Shown one piece after another: positions 33,753-44,100 of a DNA stretch of 61,758 nucleotides (the first letter of the stretch is position 1; each line of letters begins with the position of its first letter). The stretch covers positions 1 through 61,758 of the forward strand of contig JANYDN010000315.1 of the NCBI GenBank assembly GCA_025363585.1, read 5' to 3'. Below the pieces are notes generated by a model. The model searched no databases and was not told the DNA's origin. It was given only the letters and a program-made list of their open reading frames with translations. The DNA is from Verrucomicrobiota bacterium (GTDB lineage Bacteria > Verrucomicrobiota > Verrucomicrobiia > Limisphaerales > UBA9464). The position numbers were made by a program, and so were the translations under genes.

Positions 33753-35909
33753 ATGTTGCGACCGTATTTCGACCGCGCCCGCCGCCTTCTTTCCTCCGCA
33801 TCTTTTCTTGGGCTGATCGTCGCGTTCGGCGGCATGGCCCGCGCCGCCACGACCGCCGCGGAATCCCTGGCCTCGCTCGAGGCGGACGTTCGTGCGAAGC
33901 CCACGAACGCCATCGCGGCCATGCGCCTGGGTTCGGCGTTGACCCATCGGGATTGGCTCGTGCCCACGCGTCCGCCGACCAACACCGTGTTCGCCGGCGC
34001 GGCCACCAAGGTGACGGCGGCAACCAACGAATTCCCCGCGCCCTCGCGCCAGGTCCGCCTGCGGGTGTTGCCGAACTCGGTCGAACTGCTGCAGGAACCC
34101 GACGGCAAGGTGGCCGCGTCCATCGAGGCGACGGCGCCGTGGGAAACGGTCGCGTGGCATCCGAGCAGCGCGCTGGTGGTGTTGGGACGCAAGGGAGCGC
34201 TGGAAATCCGCGACGGGCAGACGCTGGCGCGGGTTCCGTTCGACACCGAACGCGTCGACGGCGCGGCGTTGGCTTTCAGCCCGGATGGATTGTGGCTGGC
34301 CGCGGCGTGCCGGCAGGGCGGGATCGATCTCTGGGATTGGAGCGAGGGCCAACTTTTGGCCGAGGGACTTTCGACGCGGACCGGATTCACGGGCATCGAG
34401 TTCTCGACCGACGGCCGTTACCTGCGTGTGTCCGCGCCGACGGGACCGGTGACGCTGGACGCACGGCCCAGCCGCAGTCTGGGACCGTGGATGGTGCACA
34501 CGAGCGCCGTGGTTCAGGCCGTCGGTTTCCCCGACCGTTCGCGGACGCTGACGCTCCACGCGGATGGCACGATGCGCTTTTGGGGCGTCGATGCGCAGGA
34601 AGCCGCGCCCTCGATGCGCCTGGCCACCGTGCCGCTCGCGATCGTTCCGTCGGCGGATCGTCGGACGGTTGCCACGTTGCTCGCGCCCGGGAAGGTCCGT
34701 GTCTGGGACACGGTGACGATGCGGCCGATCGGCGAATGGCTGAATCACCCGGGCGGTGCCGTGGGCGTCGCGTTCGACGGACCGCGTCGGCACGTGTGGA
34801 CGGGCGGCGGCGACTCGATTCGTTGCTGGGAATACAAGCGGTCCGTCGTCCGGTTGGCGAACGTCTCCACCGGCGCACCGGTCGCGGCGTTGGTCGGGAG
34901 TCCGAACGCCGGTTGGGTCGCGGTGCTGCGTCGCGGAGCCGCGGGCCCGGTCGCGTCGTGGTGGCCGGCGGCGGACACCAATGCGATCCCGATCCACGAG
35001 ATCGCGGTCGGCGGGACGAACGTTTTCGCGTTGTCGCCGAATTCCGACCAACTCCTCGCGGCGGTCACGCCCTCGCGTCTCGGGCGTTGGGATCTTGGTT
35101 CCGGAAAAACCGTCGGACCGGACATTGATCACGGGGCGCCGATCACGTTCGCGGGCTGGAGCGTCGATTCGAAGCATTTCATCACGGTGGGCGACGACCA
35201 CGCGGTCCGGGTCTGGGATCTTCGCGGGGAGAAGCCGACCTCGGTGGCGGTGCCCGTGCCGGGCACGGTCATCGACGCCGAGTTGGACGGACTCGCGGAA
35301 CACCTGCTGGTTTGCGGTTCCGACCGGCGCTGGCGGGTTTTGGATGTGGCGACAGGCGCGCCTATTACGGAATCGTGGCCGCTGGATCCCAAGACGCGTT
35401 TCCCCGCGATGAAGCCGGTGCGTCTCCCGGGCGCGCGTTGGGCGGGTGGCGGCACCGAGGTCTTGGTCACGGACACGGCGCTGGGCGCGCGTTGGATGCC
35501 CCTGTTGCCGAAAGCGGCGGCACCAGCTTGGCTCCCCGATTTGGCCGCCGGCATCGCGGGCGAGGGAACCGGCGATCCCGTCGAACGCATCGAGGGCGTG
35601 CGCGGTGCCCTCGCCCGGGAACCCTTGATCGCCGGCCCGTGGGTCGACTGGGGGCGTTGGTGGACGGCAGATCGAATGGCGCGGCCCGCTTCGCTGCCGA
35701 ACGGTCCCAAAGCCGACGCGTTGGTCGAGCGCGGCATCGCGCTGGATATACCCAACGGACTTCTCGAGTTGATCCGGCTCGATCCCTCGGCCCCGCGATT
35801 GCGGGCGGTGTTGATGGAACAAATGTGGACCAACATTTTCTGGGCGCGGCCGCGGCGGATGGAGCAGGCCGGCTGGCTGCGGCAACGCGGGGCCGTCGAC
35901 GGGAAATAG
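33753..35909 (+). CDS. Exported WD40/beta-propeller repeat protein
   Basis: N-terminal anchor/signal LLSSASFLGLIVAFGGMARA. Repeated WD-like strands (IDLWDW, MRFWGVD, VRVWDTV, IRCWEY, VRVWDLRG). Confidence 0.6.
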   Translation: MLRPYFDRARRLLSSASFLGLIVAFGGMARAATTAAESLASLEADVRAKPTNAIAAMRLGSALTHRDWLVPTRPPTNTVFAGAATKVTAATNEFPAPSRQVRLRVLPNSVELLQEPDGKVAASIEATAPWETVAWHPSSALVVLGRKGALEIRDGQTLARVPFDTERVDGAALAFSPDGLWLAAACRQGGIDLWDWSEGQLLAEGLSTRTGFTGIEFSTDGRYLRVSAPTGPVTLDARPSRSLGPWMVHTSAVVQAVGFPDRSRTLTLHADGTMRFWGVDAQEAAPSMRLATVPLAIVPSADRRTVATLLAPGKVRVWDTVTMRPIGEWLNHPGGAVGVAFDGPRRHVWTGGGDSIRCWEYKRSVVRLANVSTGAPVAALVGSPNAGWVAVLRRGAAGPVASWWPAADTNAIPIHEIAVGGTNVFALSPNSDQLLAAVTPSRLGRWDLGSGKTVGPDIDHGAPITFAGWSVDSKHFITVGDDHAVRVWDLRGEKPTSVAVPVPGTVIDAELDGLAEHLLVCGSDRRWRVLDVATGAPITESWPLDPKTRFPAMKPVRLPGARWAGGGTEVLVTDTALGARWMPLLPKAAAPAWLPDLAAGIAGEGTGDPVERIEGVRGALAREPLIAGPWVDWGRWWTADRMARPASLPNGPKADALVERGIALDIPNGLLELIRLDPSAPRLRAVLMEQMWTNIFWARPRRMEQAGWLRQRGAVDGK

Positions 35910-35958
35910 GATGCGACCCGGCGTGAACATCGCGTCGGGCCCAACGTCGAACACCGCG

Positions 35959-36489
35959 ATGAGGCGCCTTGCCATCCTTCTTTTCGTGCTCGCGTTGCCG
36001 TCGGTGTTCGCGGTTCCCGCGCGCGTGATCCTGATCCGCCACGCCGAGAAACCCGCGGACCATGGGGATCCGCACCTGACGAGCGAAGGCCGCGCGCACG
36101 CGGTGCGATGGGCGTCGTGGTTGACGCGGACCAACGCGCCGCGGCCGGACGCGTTGTTCGCGCCGAATCCCACGTCGAAGCATCCCAGCGTGCGCGCCAC
36201 CGAGACCTTGGAGCCCGTCGCCAAGCAACTGGGGATCGAGGTCCGGATGACCGAGGACAGCGGCACCTTTGAACGCCTCGCGAAGTCCGTGCTGGCGGAT
36301 CCGAAGCTCGATGGGAAGACCGTCGTCGTCTGCTGGGTCCACCAGTATCTCCCGCAATTCGCGGCGGCACTCGGCGTCACGCCCGAGCCCGTGAAGTGGA
36401 AGGACGAGGACTACGACGGCGTGTACGAGATCACCTTCTCCGAGGGCCGGGCCGCGTTGCGGAAAACCAGCGCCCCCCGGTCGCGCTGA
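35959..36489 (+). CDS. Histidine phosphatase superfamily protein (secreted)
   Basis: Signal peptide MRRLAILLFVLALPSVFA. Catalytic-type RHAEK motif (VILIRHAEKP) and a downstream H in VVCWVHQ. Confidence 0.55.
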   Translation: MRRLAILLFVLALPSVFAVPARVILIRHAEKPADHGDPHLTSEGRAHAVRWASWLTRTNAPRPDALFAPNPTSKHPSVRATETLEPVAKQLGIEVRMTEDSGTFERLAKSVLADPKLDGKTVVVCWVHQYLPQFAAALGVTPEPVKWKDEDYDGVYEITFSEGRAALRKTSAPRSR

Positions 36490-36514
36490 GCGGGAACGAT
36501 GTTGGCTGGGTGGG

Positions 36515-36605
36515 TGACGGCGCCCCTGCCGTCACCGTGGCGATTCGAGAAACCGCCGGAGGCTCGCGCCGGGAAGTGATGGCAGGGCCGCCGTCACCCA
36601 CCTTG
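36515..36605. repeat. Family E repeat plus hairpin
   Basis: ggtgacggc gcccct gccgtcacc hairpin, and ggcagggccgccgtcacccacc identical to window positions 2-23. Confidence 0.6.
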
Positions 36606-36674
36606 GTCGAGGGGTTCCGAGCCCATGCTGCCGTCGGTTGTATCCGATCCTCCCATCCCGCAGTCTCTCCCACC

Positions 36675-38711
36675 ATGCGCCAGGGTTCCTCGCTCCGTTT
36701 CGGTCGCCCGTTCGTCGTGGGCGCGTTCCTGCTGGCGCTCGTCGTTCCCGCGTTGGCAGCGGAACGCAAACGCGAGAGTCCCTCCGAGCGATTCGAGAAA
36801 ATGGATCGCAACCACGACGGCAAACTCACCGCCGACGAGGTGGGCAACCCGATCCTGTTCCACATGCTCGATCTCGATGGCGATGGATCGGTGACGCGCA
36901 CGGAGGCGGCGGGCGCACTTTCGGAAATCGAGACGAGCCGGCGCTGGGCAAAATACGAGCCGAAGGCGGATGCCGGCGCCTCGAACGCGCCCTTCGCCGA
37001 GGCGCTCCACGCGGTCCCGGCCGCCGCGCTGGGCGTGGGCAAGCGCGTCGAACCGATCGATGCGCGCGATCTCGACGGACATCGCCGCCGCCTTTTCCCG
37101 GCGAAGGATGACAAGGCGTTGGTGATCGCGGTGGTGTCGTCGTCGTGCCCGCTCTCCGGCAAATACGCGCCCGTGTTGGCGCGTCTCGAGGCCGAGTACC
37201 GCGCGCGCGGCGTCGGCTTCGCGTTCGTCGCGCCGGTGGCGACGGATTCCGCCGCGTCGCTCGCGGAAATGCGCCGTGCGAACGACTGGAAGGGCCCGGT
37301 GTTCGCCGATCCCAAGCGCGCGATCGCGTCGTCGCTCGGCGTCCGCACCACCACGGAAGTGTTCGTGTGCGACGCTTCGGGAACGCTGCGTTACCGCGGC
37401 GCGATCGATGATCAATACGGCCTTGGCTACGCGCGTGCGGAGGCCCGCGCGCATCCGCTGGCCGATGCGTTGGACGCGATCCTTGACGGAAAGGAACCGC
37501 CGATGACGGCGACGACCGCGCCCGGATGCGTGGTCGAGTCGACGGCGACGAAGCCCACGAAGCCGACGCGGGCGACCTATCACCGCGACATCGCGCGCCT
37601 GATGCAGGCTCATTGCGTGGAGTGCCATCGCGAGGGCGGGCTCGCGCCGTTCGCGCTCGGGAATTACCGCGAGGTCGTCGGGCACGCGGGGATGATCCGC
37701 AAGCAGGTCGAGCGCGGGGCGATGCCGCCGTGGTTCGCGGCGCCGGGACACGGCGTGGAGTTTGCCAACGACCGGTCGCTGCCGGATCCGGACCGCGCGT
37801 TGTTGTTGGCGTGGCTGGATTCCGGACGTCCCGAAGGCGACGCGAAGGAAGCGCCGTTGCCGCGTCGCTACGATCCGGAGTGGCTCATCGGCAAACCCGA
37901 CGCGGTATTCCAGATCCCGAAGCCCATCGCCATCGCCGCCGAGGGGGTGATGGACTACCAGGAAGCGTTCGTGGACACGGGCCTCTCCGAGGATCGATGG
38001 ATCGGCGCGATCGAGATCCAGCCGACGGCGCGTGCGGTGGTGCACCACGTGTTGGTGTTCGCGTTGAAGGCGGGCGAACGGAAGGGGAAACGAGGCGACG
38101 ACGCGGCGGACGAGCAGGCGGGATTCTTCGCGGCGTACGTTCCGGGCAACAGCGCGCAGACGTTTCCCACGGGGTTCGGCAAACGGATGCCCGCGGGCAC
38201 CCGGCTGCGTTTCCAGATCCACTACACGCCCAACGGTCGCGCCACCAACGACCAGATCCGGCTGGGCGTGCGGTATCTCAAGTCGCCGCCGTTGCATGCG
38301 GTGCACGTGCTGGGACTCGCAAACCCGTTGATCGAGATTCCCGCCGGTTCGCCGCGCCACGCCGAGTTCGCGGGAGCGCAGTTGCCCCACGAGGCGCGGA
38401 TCCTCGCCTTCATGCCGCACATGCACGTCCGCGGCACCGCGTTCCGCTACGATCTGGTGCAGGCGGACGGGAAATCGCGCGTCCTACTCGACATCCCGCG
38501 CTACGACTTCAACTGGCAGCTTTCGTATCGATGCACCGAACCGGTGGCGGCGACCGCGGGTTCGCGCGTGCGGGCCACGGCGTGGTTCGACAACAGCACC
38601 GGGAATCCCGCCAATCCCGATCCCGCCCGGGTGGTCCATTGGGGACGCCAGACCTTCGAGGAGATGATGATCGGCTACATCGAGTACTACTTTCCCGACG
38701 AGGCCCCGTAG
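36675..38711 (+). CDS. Secreted multidomain redox protein: 2 EF-hands + thioredoxin-like domain + CxxCH haem motif + PHM/DBH-like copper monooxygenase motifs
   Basis: Signal peptide. EF loops DRNHDGKLTADE and DLDGDGSVTRTE. Redoxin-like VIAVVSSSCPLSGKY. CVECH. The ordered His/Met set VVHHVLVF, FQIHY, PHMHVRG and EEMMIGY. Confidence 0.7.
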   Translation: MRQGSSLRFGRPFVVGAFLLALVVPALAAERKRESPSERFEKMDRNHDGKLTADEVGNPILFHMLDLDGDGSVTRTEAAGALSEIETSRRWAKYEPKADAGASNAPFAEALHAVPAAALGVGKRVEPIDARDLDGHRRRLFPAKDDKALVIAVVSSSCPLSGKYAPVLARLEAEYRARGVGFAFVAPVATDSAASLAEMRRANDWKGPVFADPKRAIASSLGVRTTTEVFVCDASGTLRYRGAIDDQYGLGYARAEARAHPLADALDAILDGKEPPMTATTAPGCVVESTATKPTKPTRATYHRDIARLMQAHCVECHREGGLAPFALGNYREVVGHAGMIRKQVERGAMPPWFAAPGHGVEFANDRSLPDPDRALLLAWLDSGRPEGDAKEAPLPRRYDPEWLIGKPDAVFQIPKPIAIAAEGVMDYQEAFVDTGLSEDRWIGAIEIQPTARAVVHHVLVFALKAGERKGKRGDDAADEQAGFFAAYVPGNSAQTFPTGFGKRMPAGTRLRFQIHYTPNGRATNDQIRLGVRYLKSPPLHAVHVLGLANPLIEIPAGSPRHAEFAGAQLPHEARILAFMPHMHVRGTAFRYDLVQADGKSRVLLDIPRYDFNWQLSYRCTEPVAATAGSRVRATAWFDNSTGNPANPDPARVVHWGRQTFEEMMIGYIEYYFPDEAP

Positions 38712-38718
38712 CCGCCGT

Positions 38719-38743
38719 GTAGCGCGGGCGTCCCCGCCTGCGC
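38719..38743. repeat. Family A REP core
   Basis: gtagcgcgggcgtccccgcctgcgc is the reverse complement of 9060-9084. Confidence 0.75.
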
Positions 38744-38893
38744 AAGTTCTCCTCGCCGGGTGTCTCCTCGCCAGGTAGCCGCCGACGTGAGTCGGTGGAC
38801 CCCGTCCGGACTCCCGTGTATTCCTTTGAAACATCAGGCCCCCTTCCGGGTCGAATCCCGCGTCGTATCCGCGGCTTGCCGTGCCGACGCCGA

Positions 38894-39637
38894 ATGAACG
38901 CTTCTTTTCGACAGACCCACCGCGCCGCGGGCTTCACGCTCGTGGAGTTGCTCGTGGTCATCGGGATCATCGCGCTGCTCGCCTCGATGTTGTTGCCGGC
39001 GTTGGCCGGGGCGCGCCGCAAGGCGAGCCAAATCAAATGCCTCAGCAACCTGCGCCAGGTGAGCCTCGCCTTGAATCTCTACGCGACGGACCACGACGGC
39101 GAGTATCCGGTCCGTCGTCGCGTGCCCGACGCATGGCCCGCGAAGTTGCTCCCGTATTTCAAGGATCCGGCGGTGATCTGGTGCCCGTCGGACCGCATGC
39201 CGACGGGCTACAAGATCGGCAACGACGCCACCAACCGCGCGAATTATCGCCGGAGTTATATTTTCAACGGGTTCAACGACTACTTCCGCGCGTTGCTGTC
39301 GGACAAGGACTACAAGAAGTTCGATCTCTGGCAGTGGCCGCACGGCATGAAGGAGTCGGCGATCGCGTTGCCGTCGGACACCATCCTGCTGGGCGAGAAG
39401 CGCGAGGGGTCGCGTCATTTCCACATGGATTTCCTGCAAGGAGTCAGCGGAAACGACGCGGAAGAGATCGCGCAGAACCGGCACCGCGCGGGCGGGATTT
39501 TCAGCAAGGACGGCGGCTCGAATTTCTCGTTCGCCGACGGCAGCGTGCGGTTCCTGAAGTACGGGCAATCGACGAACCCGAAGAACCTGTGGGCGGTCTC
39601 GGAGGAATGGCGCAACGCACCACCGAAGCTGCCGTAA
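38894..39637 (+). CDS. Prepilin-type N-terminal cleavage/methylation protein, DUF1559 / H-X9-DG class
   Basis: [27 protein letters not shown] followed by KCLSNLRQ. C-terminal HRAGG...[12 protein letters not shown] (H-X9-DG-like). Confidence 0.8.
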   Translation: MNASFRQTHRAAGFTLVELLVVIGIIALLASMLLPALAGARRKASQIKCLSNLRQVSLALNLYATDHDGEYPVRRRVPDAWPAKLLPYFKDPAVIWCPSDRMPTGYKIGNDATNRANYRRSYIFNGFNDYFRALLSDKDYKKFDLWQWPHGMKESAIALPSDTILLGEKREGSRHFHMDFLQGVSGNDAEEIAQNRHRAGGIFSKDGGSNFSFADGSVRFLKYGQSTNPKNLWAVSEEWRNAPPKLP

Positions 39638-39645
39638 GCGGGCTG

Positions 39646-39970
39646 ACCACGGAACGGGGGAGGTGGAACCACGGATTTCAGCCCATTTTCACGGATTTCC
39701 CTTTTGACCACGGAGCACACGGACGAGAGGAACCAATCGTCGGGGATTTGTGACCACGGAAATCACGGAAATCACGGAACGTCCAGGAAGGAATCACCCG
39801 TGAATTCATGAAGATCGGAGTCCGTTCCATCCCTCTTTCCCCTTTCCGTGATTTCAGTGATTTCCGTGGTTACGAGCCCAGCCGCCCAAGCTTCCGCGTG
39901 CTCCGTGGTTGATGTCTTTCCGCGGGATTAGTCCGCGGAAATGGGCCTCAAACTGTGGCTCAAAAAACGA
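39646..39970. repeat. Family C composite element (CCACGGA / ATCACGGAA / GCACACGGA words, inverted arms, conserved tail)
   Basis: gaccacggaaatcacggaaatcacggaac (39752-39780) faces ccgtgatttcagtgatttccgtggt (39846-39870). The tail tccgcggaaatgggcctcaaactgtggctc is homologous to 53296-53325. Confidence 0.75.
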
Positions 39971-39986
39971 GTCGGAATCCGTGGAG

Positions 39987-40015
39987 GAAAAAAACAACCG
40001 AGCACGAAGGCTCGG
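39987..40015 (-). terminator. Rho-independent terminator downstream of tRNA-Gly
   Basis: The minus strand reads ccgagc cttcgt gctcgg ttgttttttt. Confidence 0.7.
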
Positions 40016-40036
40016 TGGATACGGACGGGAAGAAAT

Positions 40037-40113
40037 TGGAGCGAGTGAAGGGATTCGAACCCTCGACATTCACCTTGGCAAGGTGACGCTCTACCAGGCT
40101 GAGCTACACTCGC
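40037..40113 (-). tRNA. tRNA-Gly (anticodon GCC), CCA encoded
   Basis: The minus strand gives GCGAGTGTAGCTCAGCCTGGTAGAGCGTCACCTTGCCAAGGTGAATGTCGAGGGTTCGAATCCCTTCACTCGCTCCA. Cloverleaf with 7-bp acceptor, anticodon loop TTGCCAA and T-loop GGTTCGAATCC. Confidence 0.9.
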
Positions 40114-40286
40114 GATGCCACGGACGGCGGATGGAATAGGGTGCGACGGCGCCGATTGCAAGCGGTGTTTTTCGCGCCTTTTCACGATCTTGCTTTGGCC
40201 TCTTGGCAAATTGCCATTCGTTCGCCACTGTGTCCCAACCAAGGTGGCCCCGGACGTTCCTCTCTTCGTCCGGGTCCAAACGACCC

Positions 40287-41060
40287 ATGAATTCAGGACT
40301 CTCGGATGCCATGATGCCCATGGCGTCGCCTTTCGCGACGACCCATTGGAGCCTCGTTCTCAAAGCCGGCAAAACCGGTTCCGACCACAACGACGCCGCG
40401 CTCGAAAAACTCTGCCGGACCTATTGGGCACCCCTCTACTCGTACGTGCGCCGCCATGGCCACAATCCGGAGGACGCCCAGGATCTGACGCAGTCGTTCT
40501 TCGAGCGTTTGCTCAGCGAGGGACGTTTCAGTCTCGCCGATCCGTCGCGCGGCCGTTTCCGGAGTTTCCTTCTCACCGGCCTCAAGCACTTCCTCGTGAA
40601 CGAGTGGAAGCGCGGCCAACGCCTCAAACGCGGTGCCGGCGCCATCCATCTCTCCTTCAACTGCGAGCCGGAGGAGGCGTTCTTCGCGCGCGAACCCGTC
40701 GATGCCGTCACGCCCGAACAGGTCTATGAATACCGCTGGGCGCTGAAGATGCTCGAGCAGGCGATGGATGCCGTGCGCGAGGATCACGCGCGCGCCAACC
40801 AAACCGAGTTGTTCGAGGGATTGAAGGGATCGGCGTGGGGCGACGGCGACGGGGGCCGCTACCAGGACGTCGCCGGCCGACTCGGCCTGAGCGAGGGCGC
40901 GTTCAAGATCGCCGTGTTCCGCCTGCGCCTGCGGTTTCGCGAACGACTCCGCGAGATCGTCGCCGCCACCCTGCCGGATCCCAGGAACCGCGTGGAGGTC
41001 GACGACGAGATCCGGCATTTGCAGGAAGTCCTGCGCCGTTCCCGCACCGGCCTTGCCTGA
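40287..41060 (+). CDS. ECF-type RNA polymerase sigma factor, Ser/Thr-kinase-associated type
   Basis: N-terminal TTHWSLVLKAG motif. Region 2 DAQDLTQSFFERLL. Region 4 YQDVAGRLGLSEGAFKIAVFRLRLRFRE. No anti-sigma gene is adjacent. The start could be 40287 or about 40311. Confidence 0.75.
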   Translation: MNSGLSDAMMPMASPFATTHWSLVLKAGKTGSDHNDAALEKLCRTYWAPLYSYVRRHGHNPEDAQDLTQSFFERLLSEGRFSLADPSRGRFRSFLLTGLKHFLVNEWKRGQRLKRGAGAIHLSFNCEPEEAFFAREPVDAVTPEQVYEYRWALKMLEQAMDAVREDHARANQTELFEGLKGSAWGDGDGGRYQDVAGRLGLSEGAFKIAVFRLRLRFRERLREIVAATLPDPRNRVEVDDEIRHLQEVLRRSRTGLA

Positions 41061-41119
41061 CGGCGGTTTCACCCGGTGCCGCGCGCCACGCGTCCTCCCA
41101 ATCCCCATCCGATACCACG

Positions 41120-44100
41120 ATGTCCGGAACACCGCCCGATCCCGGCGTTTGCCCGCGCTGCGGGACCCCCACGCCGGCGACGCGACTCCCCGGTCTCGCC
41201 GGGGTCTGCACGGGTTGCCTCGCGGATTCGCTGTGCGACATCGAGGCGCCGCCCGCGGGGGCCTGGCTTCCCGGCCCGCCGCCGACGTTGCCCCGGCGTG
41301 TCGGTGACTACGAACTGCTCAGCGAACTCGCCCGCGGGGGAATGGGCGTCGTCTATCTGGCCCGGCAGGTCAGCCTCGACCGCCGCGTCGCCGTCAAATT
41401 GCTCCTGCCCGGATTCGTCGCGAGTCCCGCGCGTCTCGCCCGCTTCCGCTCCGAGGCGACGCTCGCGGCGCGGTTGCGCCATCCCAACATCGTGGCAATC
41501 CACGACGTCGGGGAGCACGAGGGCGCGCCGTTTTTCTCGATGGATTACGTCGAGGGCCGCGATCTGGGACGTTTGGTCCGCGACCAAGGCGTGGGCGCGC
41601 GGCAGGCCGCGGGATTGGTCCGGGGCGTGGCCCGCGCCATCCAGTACGCGCACGAACGCGGCGTGCTGCACCGCGATCTCAAACCCTCGAACGTCCTCGT
41701 CACTCCCGAGGGCGAGCCGTGGGTGACCGACTTCGGCCTCGCGAAACCCCTCGATCCGGAATCCGACCTCACGCTCTCGGGCGAGATCCTCGGCAGCCCG
41801 AGTTTCATGTCGCCCGAACAGGCGTCGGGGCGGAAACGCCAGATCGACGTCCGCAGCGATGTCTACGGTCTGGGCGGACTTCTTTACTACACGTTGACCG
41901 GTCGCCCGCCGTTCGTGGGCGACAGCGTTTCGGACACCTTGCGCCGCGTGGTGGCGGGCGATCTCGTGCCGCCGTCGGTGCTCCGTCCGGGAATCCCATT
42001 GGAACTCGGGATCGTCGCGATGCGTTGCCTCGCGCGCGATCCCCGGCATCGGTACGCGAGCGCCGGGGAGGTGGCGGAGGATCTCGACCGGTTCCTGCGC
42101 GGCGTGCCGATCCTGGCGCGGGCGCCCCATCGCGGGGAACGCCTGTGGAGATGGGCACGGCGCGAGCCGACGTTGGCCGCGCTGCTGGGTACCGCGCTCC
42201 TGCTCGGCGTCGTCGTCGTCGGTGGCGCGCTGCTTCTTGCCAGCCAGCGTGAGTTCGCCCGCCAAAACGACGCCGAGCGCCGGGCGTCGTCGGAGATGCA
42301 CCGGTACGTCGCCGACGTGAGCAACGCCAGCCGGTCGATCGCGGAAGGCAAGACCCACGACGCGTTGCGCATGCTCGATGGCCTTCGTCCCGCGCCCGGC
42401 GACGCGGATCCACGCGGCTTCGAATGGCATTGGTTGAGGTCGCGGACCAGCGATGCCTCGGGCGCGCCGTGGTGGGAAGGGAAGGAACCAATCGGCGCCC
42501 TCGCATGGTCGCCCGATGGCCGGCGTCTCGCGGTGGTCTGCCCGCGTTCCGTCCGCATCATGTCCCGCGGCGGACGCCGGGTGTTCGCCGAGCATCCCCT
42601 CGGCGGTCCGGTCTCGCTCCGGTCGGCGGTCTTCGATCGCGAGGGACGCTTCCTTTACATCGCCGATTCCCAGGGCCTGAGGCGCATGGAATTGACCGTG
42701 GGGCGAACCGACACCCTCGTGGCCGAGCCGCTCGACGGGATCGTCGCCTCGCCCGATGGCCAATGGCTCGCGGTGCGGACGTCGGCGGTGCACGGACGCC
42801 GCGAATCGCGCGACGTGCTCATCGTCGATCCGGACGACGGCGACATCCGCGCCCAACTCGAGGGCGTCGGCGGGCCGGCCATGGTTTGGACGCAAACGGC
42901 GGGATTCCGCGGGCTGGCGGCGGACGGACGGATCTGGGGATGGGACGAGAACGCGGGGAAGCGCGTCCTGGCCGAGTCGAACCACGACGTCCCGTTGGCG
43001 GCGGCGCTCGATGCCGAGGGCACGATGTGCGCGACGCTCTCGGCGGACGGCCTGCTCCGCACGCGCGAGGTCGGCACGGGACGAGTGATCTCGGAACGCC
43101 GCGGCAAACCGCAGCGCGACGTCCAATTGGCGTTCTCGCCCGATGGCCGGACGCTCTCGGTGGTGGGCGGTGCCGACGAGCGGGTCTGGGTTTGGTCCAC
43201 GGCGGACTGGACGGTGGCGCATCGGTGGACGGCGCACACGGACCTGGTGACGTCGGCCGTTTTCCACAAGGACGGGCGCACGTTGGTGACCGCGGGCAAC
43301 GACGGGACTGTGCGCGCGTGGGATCTTGCCGAGGAGCCCTTCGAGCGGCGATGGGCGCATGCGTGCGCGAATTTGCCCGAGGGTTCCGCCCGCTTTTCGC
43401 AGGACGGACGCTGGATCGCCGGCGTGCGCCGCAATGACTCCGGCGAGGAAACCGCGTTGTGGCCGGTCGCGGATCCGGACGCGCGTCCCATCGCGGTTCC
43501 CGGCCGGCCGGTGAGCTTCTCGCCCGACGGGAAATTCCTGCTCCAGTGGGAGAAGGGCGGGATGCTGCGGCTCTGGGACATCACCAACGGGACGGAGTGC
43601 GTGTCGTTCGCCCTCAACCCGCGGCCGACGGAATCGCCCGACCAGTTGTCGCCGGACGGACGGTACTTCGTTTGCCTGGATTGGCAGCACCAAGTCCACC
43701 TGTACCATGCGGCCACCACGGAGGAATTGCCGGGACCGGTCGCGCACGTCCTGCGGGTGGTCGTCTCTCCGGACAGCGAATGGGTCGGCTACACCACGCC
43801 GGAGACGGTCGGCGTTTTCCGGATCGCAACGGGCGAGCCCAACGGATTCATCTTCAAGGGCGCGACGGACCTCGCGTTCTCGCCCGACGCCCGGTACCTC
43901 GCGGCCGGGCAGGGTGGCGGACGCATCCGCATCTATGACATCGCGGAGCACCGCATCGTCGAGGATTTGCCCGCGCACACGGCGCCCGTGACCGCGGTGA
44001 TGTTCGCGCCGGACGGCCGGACGCTGGCGTCCGCGGGCGAGGATTCATCGGTGCGTTGGTGGCACGTGCCCGCGTGGCGCGAGCTGGTCCATGTGCCGCT

